Positions 45,074-54,067 of a stretch of DNA of 64,000 bases are shown one piece after another; the stretch's first letter is position 1; every line of letters begins with the position of its first letter. The notes beneath the pieces are model-generated. The model saw nothing but the letters and a program-made list of their open reading frames with translations. It made no database searches and was not told the origin of the DNA. A program made the translations under genes and the position numbers. The stretch comes from a virus. The stretch is taken from IMG/VR virus record IMGVR_UViG_3300008114_000013; one strand, 5' to 3'.

Positions 45074-45370
45074 TTAGTCTATAATGATATGACATTCAAT
45101 CCCATCTTCACTGTGGAATATCCATTCAGTAAATTGAAGTGTTTCACCATCGTCAAAAGTTTCCAAAATAGGGTTTTCCTCAACAAATGTGAATCTTCTA
45201 CTGTTATTAGTTTTTGGATTATGAATGTAGAATTGTTTCTTTTGACTAGGGAATGATTCAGGATGTATGCCTCCATCTGGCATAACACAATCTAAAAACA
45301 TTGCGTGTCCATAGAAAGAATTATGCTCTTTTTTCCATGTAAATTGTCGTATATGATATATGTAATCCAT
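45074..45370 (-). CDS. Hypothetical protein
   Basis: 98-aa ORF. Confidence 0.6.
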   Translation of the reverse strand: MDYIYHIRQFTWKKEHNSFYGHAMFLDCVMPDGGIHPESFPSQKKQFYIHNPKTNNSRRFTFVEENPILETFDDGETLQFTEWIFHSEDGIECHIIID

Positions 45371-45374
45371 TTTG

Positions 45375-45923
45375 TTAAATTAGTTTATTTAATGCATCTA
45401 AAAATTTATTAATTCCTTTGCTATGATTCGCATCCCAGTCATCCGATGCACCACTATCGCTTATGTATTTATACGAAACGAAATCGAAACGATTTAGTTT
45501 ACATACTTTTGCGATTGAGTATGCTTCCATATCAAAAACTCCGTTTGGATTCATCTCAAATTTATCTTGAGTTCTACACACTTCCCCATCACCAAATGTT
45601 AATACAGATTCTTTAAGTTGAGAATGAGTAATTTCATCAAATGGAGTTGAATACTTTTCTCCAAAAGGAGTGTCCATATCCTGTTGAACAAAATGTTTAC
45701 ATTCAACAAGTGTTCCAACTGGTAATGTATTTGAACCAGCAGAACCATAATTTATTACCAACACATCATTTGAGTAATTTCGTATCTGTGATAATACTTG
45801 CGTTGATTTGATTGCTGCATTTACTTTACCCACACCTGTGTAATATACATCTACGGAATTTGGTATTATATCCTTTGGTAATTCGGATTCCAATGCTACA
45901 AATAGTATGATTCGTTTATCCAT
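45375..45923 (-). CDS. MTA/SAH nucleosidase-like (PNP/UDP family)
   Basis: TGVGKVNAA, NYGSAG, DMEA and KYISD motifs. Confidence 0.85.
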   Translation of the reverse strand: MDKRIILFVALESELPKDIIPNSVDVYYTGVGKVNAAIKSTQVLSQIRNYSNDVLVINYGSAGSNTLPVGTLVECKHFVQQDMDTPFGEKYSTPFDEITHSQLKESVLTFGDGEVCRTQDKFEMNPNGVFDMEAYSIAKVCKLNRFDFVSYKYISDSGASDDWDANHSKGINKFLDALNKLI

Positions 45924-46416
45924 TGTATTGAATCAGAGAATGTACTGGCTTCCCACCAACTAGAATTTCACCATGTAGGTACTTCAAATCAATTAGTACA
46001 ACTGCTCCTAACACATTGTATCCTGCCATAGTTAATAGAGTTTCTGCTGCTTTCAATGTTCCACCTGTTGCCAACACATCATCGATAATCCAAACATCAC
46101 CACTTCCAGCTTTGACCTCCAACACCTCATTACCATATTCTTTGGTAGAATCAATTGACTCAACTGGTGGAGGTAGTTTACCCGCTTTACGAATAGGTAT
46201 AAATCCACACTCATTTATGGTTGCAACTGCCGAACCAAATATAAATCCCCTGCTTTCAATACCAGCAATCGAAACATTTTCATCTATAAACATAGACATG
46301 TCATCGATTGCTGCATTAAACATATTTGAATTTGCGAGTAACGGTGTAATATCTTTGAATAGGACACCTTCCACTGGCCAATTGACAACATCTTGGATAT
46401 AATCTTTGTAATTCAT
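45916..46416 (-). CDS. apt: Adenine phosphoribosyltransferase
   Basis: FKDITPLL, GIESRGF, RKAGKLP and IIDDVLATGGT motifs. Confidence 0.95.
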   Translation of the reverse strand: MNYKDYIQDVVNWPVEGVLFKDITPLLANSNMFNAAIDDMSMFIDENVSIAGIESRGFIFGSAVATINECGFIPIRKAGKLPPPVESIDSTKEYGNEVLEVKAGSGDVWIIDDVLATGGTLKAAETLLTMAGYNVLGAVVLIDLKYLHGEILVGGKPVHSLIQYNG

Positions 46417-46431
46417 TTGATTTTACCTGTA

Positions 46432-46710
46432 TTATTTAACTGAAAGAATTTTGAAGAAATTGAACATTCTCCATCCCTGCTTATCCAAATCAAAGACCGT
46501 GATATTATCACTTACTATTGGATTACCTTCTGAATCGGTTTGTGGTGTTTTGTTTCCCTTCGGATGAAACTCTTCTGGAATGCTTGTAAGCATTTGAGTA
46601 CAATTCATAACTCGTTCCGAACCATCTGCTTTGATAAATGTAACTTCAATTGATTCGGTCTGTAACCTATCAATCAACTCTTGTTTTGTAATTTCTAACT
46701 CTGCTATCAT
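46432..46710 (-). CDS. WYL_2/Sm-like SH3 barrel phage protein
   Basis: VTFIKADGSERVMNCT...VFDLDKQGWRMF. Confidence 0.75.
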   Translation of the reverse strand: MIAELEITKQELIDRLQTESIEVTFIKADGSERVMNCTQMLTSIPEEFHPKGNKTPQTDSEGNPIVSDNITVFDLDKQGWRMFNFFKILSVK

Positions 46711-46733
46711 ATTTGTTTTATTTTGTTTGTAAA

Positions 46734-46925
46734 TTATTCCTCATCAGGTTCAATCATAGATTTAAAAAGTTGAGTCAATGGCAATGATAAACAATATATT
46801 CCAATTGATTCTAAAAAGTTTAAATCGGGTACTAAATCCGATAGTAATGTTGCGTAGGATATTGCTAATCCAACTACAACAGTTATTAAAATTACATGCA
46901 GCACTGCTCTTATTCTATACATCAT
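46734..46925 (-). CDS. Small membrane protein
   Basis: Two hydrophobic helices. Confidence 0.55.
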   Translation of the reverse strand: MMYRIRAVLHVILITVVVGLAISYATLLSDLVPDLNFLESIGIYCLSLPLTQLFKSMIEPDEE

Positions 46926-46944
46926 AACATATTTTTTATTTTAT

Positions 46945-46975
46945 CAAATATAATAATAATTTATTAAAATTACAA
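46945..46975 (-). promoter_or_regulatory. Bacteroidota-type promoter
   Basis: TTG-N20-TATATTTG, exact consensus. Confidence 0.8.
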
Positions 46976-46978
46976 GTC

Positions 46979-47003
46979 AAAAGGGGAAATTTAATTCCCC
47001 TTT
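46979..47003 (-). terminator. Rho-independent terminator
   Basis: AAAGGGGAA...TTCCCCTTT hairpin. Confidence 0.75.
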
Positions 47004-47004
47004 A

Positions 47005-47103
47005 TTAGTTTACTTTCTTATAAATTCCCTTTTTCTGTTGGGACTTTATGGTCTGTTTAGCCATTCGTTTACGATTGGCGGTTTTACGTTGTCTGTTTGT
47101 CAT
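47005..47103 (-). CDS. Very basic 32-aa peptide
   Basis: Read manually: MTNRQRKTANRKRMAKQTIKSQQKKGIYKKVN; stop directly before the terminator. Confidence 0.5.
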   Translation of the reverse strand: MTNRQRKTANRKRMAKQTIKSQQKKGIYKKVN

Positions 47104-47317
47104 TTTCTGTTTCTGTTTTAGCTTCCTGAATTAGATTCACGAATACATATTCATTTGTTTGATTACTTTTTAATATCTTTTCACAATTATACAATTGTTT
47201 TAAAAAAGTAGTGGCTTCACCTTCTATTGAAATTTTGAATTTACTGAATGGTATTCGTTTTACCACTTCGTATAATTCTTCTCCAACGGTTAATAGTTCA
47301 AATTTTCTCATTTCCAA
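47084..47317 (-). CDS. Hypothetical protein
   Basis: 77-aa ORF. Confidence 0.6.
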   Translation of the reverse strand: MEMRKFELLTVGEELYEVVKRIPFSKFKISIEGEATTFLKQLYNCEKILKSNQTNEYVFVNLIQEAKTETENDKQTT

Positions 47318-47649
47318 AATATCTGAATACCCAATATACTTGCTGCTAATAATAAACAGATTAATGTTTTAAAAGTCAAAGGTTCTTTAAAAAGTAGGAT
47401 ACTCAAGCTCACAAAAACTACAATCCCAATACCAAACCCTATCAATCTGCTAGGCCATAGTTGTCCATTGAAGTGATTGACAAACCCTTCAACAGATTTA
47501 ATGTAGAACCATGCACATGGAATTGATATTAATAGTAATATAATTGGATACTTATGATACCAACCATATTTTACACTACCTTGTAGTTGTAAAAAACTAA
47601 CTACTTGTCCTAATATACCAAATATAAAACCTTTTAATAAATCATTCAT
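47308..47649 (-). CDS. DMT-superfamily small membrane protein
   Basis: Four TM helices; LLFKEPLT motif; start moved to MNDLLKG, after the promoter. Confidence 0.65.
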   Translation of the reverse strand: MNDLLKGFIFGILGQVVSFLQLQGSVKYGWYHKYPIILLLISIPCAWFYIKSVEGFVNHFNGQLWPSRLIGFGIGIVVFVSLSILLFKEPLTFKTLICLLLAASILGIQIFWK

Positions 47650-47652
47650 AAA

Positions 47653-47683
47653 CAAATATAACAAATTATTATCAAATACACAA
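47653..47683 (-). promoter_or_regulatory. Bacteroidota-type promoter (leaderless)
   Basis: TTG-N20-TATATTTG, 3 nt before the ATG. Confidence 0.75.
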
Positions 47684-47720
47684 GTTGTATATGATTATAC
47701 TAAAAGTATTTTAGAAGTAA

Positions 47721-47909
47721 TTAGATTGAAGTATCTTCGTCATCCCATATATCTATTACAGATATGGCATCGTCTTCGTATATTTCTTCTTCGATTTCAG
47801 TTAATGAATCGTATATTGAATCCAACAATTCATGTTGTACTCCGTCATTATCTATATCTTTTAAGTCTTCCTTAATACGATTTACGATTTTTAATATGTT
47901 TTCTTTCAT
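47721..47909 (-). CDS. Small acidic protein
   Basis: 62-aa ORF with late-type motif upstream. Confidence 0.55.
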   Translation of the reverse strand: MKENILKIVNRIKEDLKDIDNDGVQHELLDSIYDSLTEIEEEIYEDDAISVIDIWDDEDTSI

Positions 47910-47930
47910 AATGATTTTTCAATAAGTATA

Positions 47931-48230
47931 TCATTTAATTAAAAACATTAAATCTCTGATTTCTGCACACTTTTCATACTCTTCGATTTCCATAAAGTAT
48001 TCCATTGCCAGATTCAGAGTTAAATCTAACTCATCTCTTTTTGCAATTAAAACAATGTTGTCAGATAAATTTGATATTAATAATACCTGTATCGATTCTT
48101 CATCGCTCTCTAATAGTATGCGTATATAACGGAGTATTTCGGAAAATATTATGTACTTATTTTCCTTTATCCAAGTCGATAGAGATTGGTTACCCAAGTC
48201 TATGTGTAATATAATGGGTTCTCTGCTCAT
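47931..48230 (-). CDS. Hypothetical protein with a UvrB/C motif
   Basis: EEYEKCAEIRD. Confidence 0.65.
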   Translation of the reverse strand: MSREPIILHIDLGNQSLSTWIKENKYIIFSEILRYIRILLESDEESIQVLLISNLSDNIVLIAKRDELDLTLNLAMEYFMEIEEYEKCAEIRDLMFLIK

Positions 48231-48721
48231 GCAAACAAATGTTCCAATCCGTTTGTATTTGACCTTCTTAACTGAATATCAATCTCGGAGTATGTTGTCA
48301 CTTCTTTAACTTGCTTCTTATACCACCAATACAGGTCTTCTATCGTACCCTTACCTCGTTTTTTGCTCATTGCCTTATCCCACAAATCAGTACCGAATTC
48401 GGATTCCAATTCCTTTCTCAAATCATGTAGGATTTTCAATTCGTTTTTATGAGCTTCATCCATTAGCTTTAGAGCCTTTACTCGCTTCATTCTCGCAGAA
48501 TCCTCTGCAGCCATTCTACGGTTTGCTTCATCAGTTCCAATGTAATTTCTGTACGCTTTATCGTACACATCAATTGCTTCTTGTCTAACTACTTTTACTT
48601 CATCAAACATATATGAGTAATCGTAATCACCATTTCTGATTTTAAGTAAAAGTGGTGCTTTAGATGGTAGTGGTTTGTTTTTTCTACCTTTTGTCCACCA
48701 TCTGAACGGATTATATCCCAT
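48227..48721 (-). CDS. Hypothetical protein
   Basis: 164-aa ORF. Confidence 0.65.
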   Translation of the reverse strand: MGYNPFRWWTKGRKNKPLPSKAPLLLKIRNGDYDYSYMFDEVKVVRQEAIDVYDKAYRNYIGTDEANRRMAAEDSARMKRVKALKLMDEAHKNELKILHDLRKELESEFGTDLWDKAMSKKRGKGTIEDLYWWYKKQVKEVTTYSEIDIQLRRSNTNGLEHLFA

Positions 48722-48726
48722 AGTTT

Positions 48727-48930
48727 TTAAAGTTTTTCCTCAACAGATTTTTTCTTATCCTTCTCACCGTAGTATTTACTAACTACATTTGTTATAAAAG
48801 AAATACTTTCCGAATCACCAGTAATAGCATCGTATTTGTGGTATCTTTCGGCGAATTTTTGTAATCCCAACTCATCCAATTCTTTATGGATTTGTAATAT
48901 ATTACTTACATAACATCTGTTAAATCCCAT
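48727..48930 (-). CDS. Hypothetical protein
   Basis: 67-aa ORF. Confidence 0.55.
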   Translation of the reverse strand: MGFNRCYVSNILQIHKELDELGLQKFAERYHKYDAITGDSESISFITNVVSKYYGEKDKKKSVEEKL

Positions 48931-48932
48931 TA

Positions 48933-49145
48933 TCAGGCATCAAAGTATTTCTGAAGTGCTTTCAATCTATCATCTGCATCCACCAACATTTTCAATGCTT
49001 CTTCAGCATTGTTATAGAAATCTGTAGTAGAATGGTCACCAATGCCAACACCGGTGTTTCCCAATAAATCTAAAGTTAGTAATGCTTTAGCTCTATCTGC
49101 TTCTGCTGATGTTTTTAACATCAAAATTAAATTTGTATTCATCAT
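48933..49145 (-). CDS. Conserved small phage protein
   Basis: VGIGDHS motif. Confidence 0.65.
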   Translation of the reverse strand: MMNTNLILMLKTSAEADRAKALLTLDLLGNTGVGIGDHSTTDFYNNAEEALKMLVDADDRLKALQKYFDA

Positions 49146-49159
49146 TTTATCGTTTAGTA

Positions 49160-49489
49160 TTAATCAAACCATTGCGAACGATGGGTTTTTACTTTTATCG
49201 TACTATCTTTAAATTTAGGATTACCACCTAATTTAATTTCAGCATTAACAATTTCTTCCATTTTAGCTTCATCACCTGCTTTACCAATTTGTTTTGCTCT
49301 TTTCAATTCTTCAGTAGTAACTTCACTACCTTTGGTAGCGGCTAGAAATTGCTTGGTATGGTATGTATCTAATGGTTGAGTAAATTGTTTTAAGTATTTA
49401 GCCTTCGAATCTAAATATTCAAAAAAAGAATTTTCATCCAAAGAATCCATCTCTTTATCTGTTAATTCATTTTTAGGGTCATACTTCAT
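49160..49489 (-). CDS. Hypothetical protein
   Basis: 109-aa ORF. Confidence 0.6.
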   Translation of the reverse strand: MKYDPKNELTDKEMDSLDENSFFEYLDSKAKYLKQFTQPLDTYHTKQFLAATKGSEVTTEELKRAKQIGKAGDEAKMEEIVNAEIKLGGNPKFKDSTIKVKTHRSQWFD

Positions 49490-49860
49490 ATCTGTTTCTG
49501 CGCAATATCGTTTGAAATAGTTTCTAATAATTCAACTTCATTTTGAAAAACCGCATTTTCAAATTCATCTCTACTCTTTTCAATAGCAGTTTCTACTATC
49601 TTAATTAATTTCGATTGATAGGTTTGCGGAGCCATGTGTGTAAATGTAAATTTATGGTTTGTGATTGTAATACCATCTTCCCACACACGCACCCAATACT
49701 CCAATTTTTTATTAACCAAAAAGTATCTACCGGTAAGCGGAGCCATCTTAATATCGGTTTCGGAATGAGTACACAAATGTGTAATAATATCCAAAATCAA
49801 TTGTTCTTTTGAATTTAATTTGTAAGATGGAATTAGTTTGTTTTTTATCCAATTCAACAT
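49486..49860 (-). CDS. Hypothetical protein
   Basis: 124-aa ORF. Confidence 0.6.
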   Translation of the reverse strand: MLNWIKNKLIPSYKLNSKEQLILDIITHLCTHSETDIKMAPLTGRYFLVNKKLEYWVRVWEDGITITNHKFTFTHMAPQTYQSKLIKIVETAIEKSRDEFENAVFQNEVELLETISNDIAQKQI

Positions 49861-49878
49861 AGTGTTATAATTTAATGA

Positions 49879-50226
49879 TTAAAGATATGATGGTCCGTAT
49901 GTACTATAACGAGCAGTTCCATCCATAATGTTACCTCTCGCATGCTTTGCTGGTGCTTTCCAACTGGCTGGTTTTAACAAGTCACCTTTCTTAATTGGTG
50001 CACCTTTTAAATCACCATCAACTCTACTGATGAATCCCCAACAGGTTGAACCTGTCCACAATCGAAGGAATTTGTTACCAACTTCCAACACCAAGTGTGT
50101 AGGAGTTAAACTACTTAAATTTTTTGCGTAATACGCATCGATGTCAGCGTTTACTTTTTTAATAAATTCAGAAACGGCTGGATTGTTCTGAAGATAATCT
50201 AGGGATTTTTGTGTCATTACTCTCAT
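49879..50226 (-). CDS. Conserved early phage protein
   Basis: GDLLKPASWKAPAKHARGNI motif; promoter at 50265-50295. Confidence 0.7.
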   Translation of the reverse strand: MRVMTQKSLDYLQNNPAVSEFIKKVNADIDAYYAKNLSSLTPTHLVLEVGNKFLRLWTGSTCWGFISRVDGDLKGAPIKKGDLLKPASWKAPAKHARGNIMDGTARYSTYGPSYL

Positions 50227-50309
50227 TTTATTAGGGGGTTTAGGTTTTAACTCTCACTACTCTGTAAAACTACAAAAAAAACTTGGTAATTCCAAGTCTT
50301 TTGTTAAAT

Positions 50310-50561
50310 TTAATTTAAGTATGCGTAATCACACGCTGCCACAATTACTTTGAGGTTCTGCAAACATTGAGTATCTGCATTTGAAATTGCACCTGACAAA
50401 TCATTATCTACTACCGATTCAACGAAACTACCACCCCGTATTCCTTTACCATCTCTTGTCATCATTACCGATGCAATGATATTAATGATATGGGGATTGG
50501 TTACCTCATATTCCAATGCAAACTCTTGTGCTGCTGATTGATACTGATTTACTATGTCCAT
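50310..50561 (-). CDS. Hypothetical protein
   Basis: GGSFV...NDL..A...AD motif. Confidence 0.6.
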   Translation of the reverse strand: MDIVNQYQSAAQEFALEYEVTNPHIINIIASVMMTRDGKGIRGGSFVESVVDNDLSGAISNADTQCLQNLKVIVAACDYAYLN

Positions 50562-50564
50562 ATA

Positions 50565-50792
50565 TTATTTTTTATAAAATTGATAAGAGTATAAAGTTTT
50601 ACGGTCATCATCGTCAAGTTCATGCTCTACGATTACCGCTTCATTGCCAACAATTTCTTGCAGTTTATTAAAATCAACTCGTCTTCCAAGTGGAAATTTG
50701 AGAAAGTTATTATTAGTACCGAGTACTCTATCTACTACAAACGAACCAATTTCAGTTTCAATTTTTTCAATTACTTCTAAAGAAAAATACAT
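50565..50792 (-). CDS. Hypothetical protein
   Basis: 75-aa ORF. Confidence 0.55.
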   Translation of the reverse strand: MYFSLEVIEKIETEIGSFVVDRVLGTNNNFLKFPLGRRVDFNKLQEIVGNEAVIVEHELDDDDRKTLYSYQFYKK

Positions 50793-50804
50793 AGTTTTAG
50801 GGGT

Positions 50805-51212
50805 TTAAAGTTTTTGTATTTTTTCCATTACATCTGTTACATCCTCTGGTCTTAAATATCCAATCACATCGGAAGTAATTGGTGTATCATAGCAGATACT
50901 ACCATCTTTGAGTACTGCCAACTCATACAATCCTATTCTACCACCATAGCTATATGCGTGTCTAACTACACTAGCACCATATCCATTATCAAAATGTTCT
51001 CTAGCCATCTCCCCACCACCAGGGTATGGTTGAAAGTTTAAATCTTTAAATGTCTTCATAACTTCTTCTCTTTCTATTTCCTCTAACTTTATAGCAATTT
51101 CTAAATCTGTTAATTGTTTAGGTTTTTCAATAAACTTATCAAAACCATAACCACCAACTGTAATCTCTGAACCAAACTCATTTACAGGAATTAACTCAAT
51201 TTTATTTTTCAT
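50805..51212 (-). CDS. Conserved phage protein
   Basis: FDNGYGASVV...GLYELAVL...DVIGYL motif. Confidence 0.7.
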   Translation of the reverse strand: MKNKIELIPVNEFGSEITVGGYGFDKFIEKPKQLTDLEIAIKLEEIEREEVMKTFKDLNFQPYPGGGEMAREHFDNGYGASVVRHAYSYGGRIGLYELAVLKDGSICYDTPITSDVIGYLRPEDVTDVMEKIQKL

Positions 51213-51230
51213 AACTTTATAGGAGTTTAA

Positions 51231-51392
51231 TTAAGCGTTTTCAAATATGTAATCTATTTCCGTTTCATTTAAGGAATCCACTAGCTCTTCCAATTCATCA
51301 GCTGCTTCTAAATTAGCAGAACCTGTCAAATCAATCTGGAAGTTAATCATTTCTTGCAATTGGAAAAATCGTTGTACTCTATCAGTATTCAT
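51231..51392 (-). CDS. Small acidic protein (53 aa)
   Basis: Read manually: MNTDRVQRFFQLQEMI...; C-rich leader. Confidence 0.55.
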   Translation of the reverse strand: MNTDRVQRFFQLQEMINFQIDLTGSANLEAADELEELVDSLNETEIDYIFENA

Positions 51393-51403
51393 AGTATAGG
51401 GGG

Positions 51404-51601
51404 TTAAAGATAATCGTATCGTGAAGCTTCTAATTCGTAATCGTACTCAACTGCGTTATCCACATCCCAATCGTAATCATGGGACTCCTCAACAAATGTG
51501 GAGGTTTCTCCGGAGATGGTATCGAGTCCATCCCAGCACTCCTGGTCGGTGATAGAACCATTCACATAAAGAGCAATCAAATCGTTTAATTCAGTATTCA
51601 T
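51404..51601 (-). CDS. Small acidic early protein
   Basis: Start moved to MNTELND, after promoter 51639-51669 (TATGTTTG). Confidence 0.6.
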   Translation of the reverse strand: MNTELNDLIALYVNGSITDQECWDGLDTISGETSTFVEESHDYDWDVDNAVEYDYELEASRYDYL

Positions 51602-51693
51602 ATTTTTAGGGGTTAGTAGTATCTCTCTCATTACCTTACAAACATACGAAATTCCGCTGAATAATCCTAGCACTTTCTCAAATATTTTTTAAT

Positions 51694-51957
51694 TTATTTT
51701 ACCCATTCCATATATCCGTAATCAATGGCATCTAAATAATCTGAAATGTTTAGATTATCCCATCCACCTTTTAATTCAGAATCTACTTCTAAATGCCTGT
51801 GTGCAAACTCCATTACTTCGTATAACACACCAGTTTCATCGGCATTGAGAACAACATAATCAAAAGTTCCATGATATTCAGGATATTCATCACACATTTT
51901 ATGTTTGAATAACCAAAACCATTTACTTAAATTATTCTCTGCAACTTCTTTTGTCAT
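51694..51957 (-). CDS. Hypothetical protein
   Basis: 87-aa ORF. Confidence 0.6.
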   Translation of the reverse strand: MTKEVAENNLSKWFWLFKHKMCDEYPEYHGTFDYVVLNADETGVLYEVMEFAHRHLEVDSELKGGWDNLNISDYLDAIDYGYMEWVK

Positions 51958-51961
51958 ATTA

Positions 51962-52144
51962 TTATAATTTATGTCCTAATTTTTGATTTATTGATTTCAT
52001 GTGTTTGCAGGGTTGGTATCTTCTAAACATCCTAGCATCACAACTACAATCTTTGATTACCCAATCTTTAACTACCACTTTGTAATACTTCAACTTACCG
52101 GTTTTTTTATCCCGCGAACCCATTTCATTATAAAACCATTCCAT
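51962..52144 (-). CDS. SWIM zinc-finger protein
   Basis: CSC...PCKH. Confidence 0.75.
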   Translation of the reverse strand: MEWFYNEMGSRDKKTGKLKYYKVVVKDWVIKDCSCDARMFRRYQPCKHMKSINQKLGHKL

Positions 52145-52150
52145 AGTATA

Positions 52151-52729
52151 TTATTTTAGAGTTTCGATAAATTTGTTTTGATTCAGTATCAATTCATCGG
52201 ATAGATTAAAACAACTATCCTCCGTCTCAAAATACTTTTCTTTAGGGATTCTACCATTTTCCGATAGTGGGAAGTACAAAAATTTGGATTTCAATAGTGT
52301 AACAATATCTTCTCTATACAATTTGAACCTCCTATCACAAATGGAATCGTAGTTATTCATTTTTGTAGGTGAACTGATTACAAAAAATGGGATTTCGATA
52401 CCCTTGTCCAAACATTCGGAGAATATTTCAGCAGCATTGGAAATTGCTCTACCCAAAAAGCAAGAATCAATATAGTGACCTTTGTCCTCTTCGAGTATTA
52501 GTACTTTATCACCTTTTTTGACAACCGTATCACAATTGTAAGATGAACCAAATACTTTCTTACCATTACCAATAGTAAACCCACAGGTTTGGTAATACAT
52601 CCTCCTAAAGGATTCGTACTGCTCTCCGATAATATCTTTACCTGCTTTTTCTGAATCTACTCTCCAGCGTTGGTAGGATTTGTCATAGAATTCGGAGTTG
52701 AATAAATTTTTGAAATCTTGAATTTCCAT
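52151..52729 (-). CDS. Putative PD-(D/E)xK nuclease-fold protein
   Basis: GEQYE...CDTVV...EEDKG pattern; early promoter at 52767-52797. Confidence 0.5.
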   Translation of the reverse strand: MEIQDFKNLFNSEFYDKSYQRWRVDSEKAGKDIIGEQYESFRRMYYQTCGFTIGNGKKVFGSSYNCDTVVKKGDKVLILEEDKGHYIDSCFLGRAISNAAEIFSECLDKGIEIPFFVISSPTKMNNYDSICDRRFKLYREDIVTLLKSKFLYFPLSENGRIPKEKYFETEDSCFNLSDELILNQNKFIETLK

Positions 52730-52798
52730 AGTTTGGGGGGTTAAAAGTTATCTCTCACTAACAAATTAAATGTAGTAAAAATAATTCACAATTCCAAG

Positions 52799-53323
52799 TT
52801 ATCGATTAAGTTTCTTTATACATTCATCAACCTTATCTCGCAACATTCCACCATTACCCCAATCACCACTAACCTGTACATGATGCCATTGTGGGATACC
52901 TAATGATTTGTATTCAAAGTTTAATTGCATATCATCGATAGAAATCCAATTGGTAGGTTTGAATGATTTGACCCATGTCTCAATCTCGCATGCCCTATCC
53001 CATTGGCCAGATGAACTCAATTTCTTTTTAGGATTGAAATGGGTTGTGGTATCTAATAAGTTCCATCTACCAATACCATAGTATTCGAATATCATAGCCA
53101 AATCGGGAAGAGTATAATGCTTCCTCCAATCAGATGATACTACTAATCTAGCATCGGTTTGTTTTATGATTTCACTCAATGCATCGCAATTCTCCTTATC
53201 CCAAGGGTATGGTATTGTAAACTCGTGTGCGGTATTTTTCATTATCTTAACTTTACCATCTCCCCAAGTTCCCCAAGCTAATGGACCATCAACATCAATG
53301 AATATAATTTTCCCTTCCATCAT
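52799..53323 (-). CDS. HAD-family protein (Swiss-army-knife RNA-repair type)
   Basis: IFIDVDGPL, VVSSDWR and ISIDD motifs. Confidence 0.85.
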   Translation of the reverse strand: MMEGKIIFIDVDGPLAWGTWGDGKVKIMKNTAHEFTIPYPWDKENCDALSEIIKQTDARLVVSSDWRKHYTLPDLAMIFEYYGIGRWNLLDTTTHFNPKKKLSSSGQWDRACEIETWVKSFKPTNWISIDDMQLNFEYKSLGIPQWHHVQVSGDWGNGGMLRDKVDECIKKLNR

Positions 53324-53326
53324 TTG

Positions 53327-53812
53327 TTACCAAGAAGATGTGTAAGAAAAATCAGCAGGATAATAATCTCTACCCTTTTCATTTACTACTTTTTCTAGCA
53401 ATACTTGCTCTAAAATTTCAATAGTATATTCAATATCTCGCATATAGTATTCATCATAATCCGTTCCACCAAAGAAAAATCCTTCAGTTGTTGGCAGCAA
53501 TTCATCTGCTTTCGATGGGTTTTCCTTTACTTGCTTACATACTTCTAGCAAATTTATCAAATCGGAAACTTCCACATAGTATTCTCCGCAGTTATCATTA
53601 CCATCCTGAACATTATCTACGAACCATTTGTGAATGTGGTTTGCCTTTCTCCAATATCCAGCTTCTTCTACAATGTACTTTACTCTTTTTGGTTGTATGT
53701 GTTTTACTGGCTTTCCACCTCTGGTAATCTCCACATCATATCTTTCTTCCGGAGTGTGATGCTCCCAATTTTGAACATAAGTTTTTTTGTTCAAATACAT
53801 ATCTAGTCCCAT
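53327..53812 (-). CDS. Conserved phage protein (MGLDMY family)
   Basis: MGLDMYL...YWRKANHIHKWFV...YTSSW. Confidence 0.8.
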   Translation of the reverse strand: MGLDMYLNKKTYVQNWEHHTPEERYDVEITRGGKPVKHIQPKRVKYIVEEAGYWRKANHIHKWFVDNVQDGNDNCGEYYVEVSDLINLLEVCKQVKENPSKADELLPTTEGFFFGGTDYDEYYMRDIEYTIEILEQVLLEKVVNEKGRDYYPADFSYTSSW

Positions 53813-53816
53813 ATCT

Positions 53817-53981
53817 TTATTTTTGTTTATTTTTCAAAAACTTATCAAGAGCATCAAGCATTCGTTGTACCGGATAAGTACCTTTTTCAGCAGGGTCCCA
53901 TAAATGATAATCTTCACAAGCAATGTAGTAGAATTCTTCCAATTCACTAACTGGCATCATGTTTGTAGTTTTAGTTTTCAT
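53817..53981 (-). CDS. Small hypothetical protein (54 aa)
   Basis: Read manually: MKTKTTNMMPVSELEEFYY... Confidence 0.5.
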   Translation of the reverse strand: MKTKTTNMMPVSELEEFYYIACEDYHLWDPAEKGTYPVQRMLDALDKFLKNKQK

Positions 53982-54018
53982 AACTTTATTTTTTAGTTTT
54001 TAATTAATTTGTAAATTT

Positions 54019-54052
54019 AAAAAGGAAGAGGGGACAATTTGTCCCCCCGTCC
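54019..54052 (-). terminator. Terminator after the AAA gene
   Basis: GGGGACAATTTGTCCCC hairpin with A-run on the + strand. Confidence 0.6.
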
Positions 54053-54067
54053 ACCATTAAACTATTA

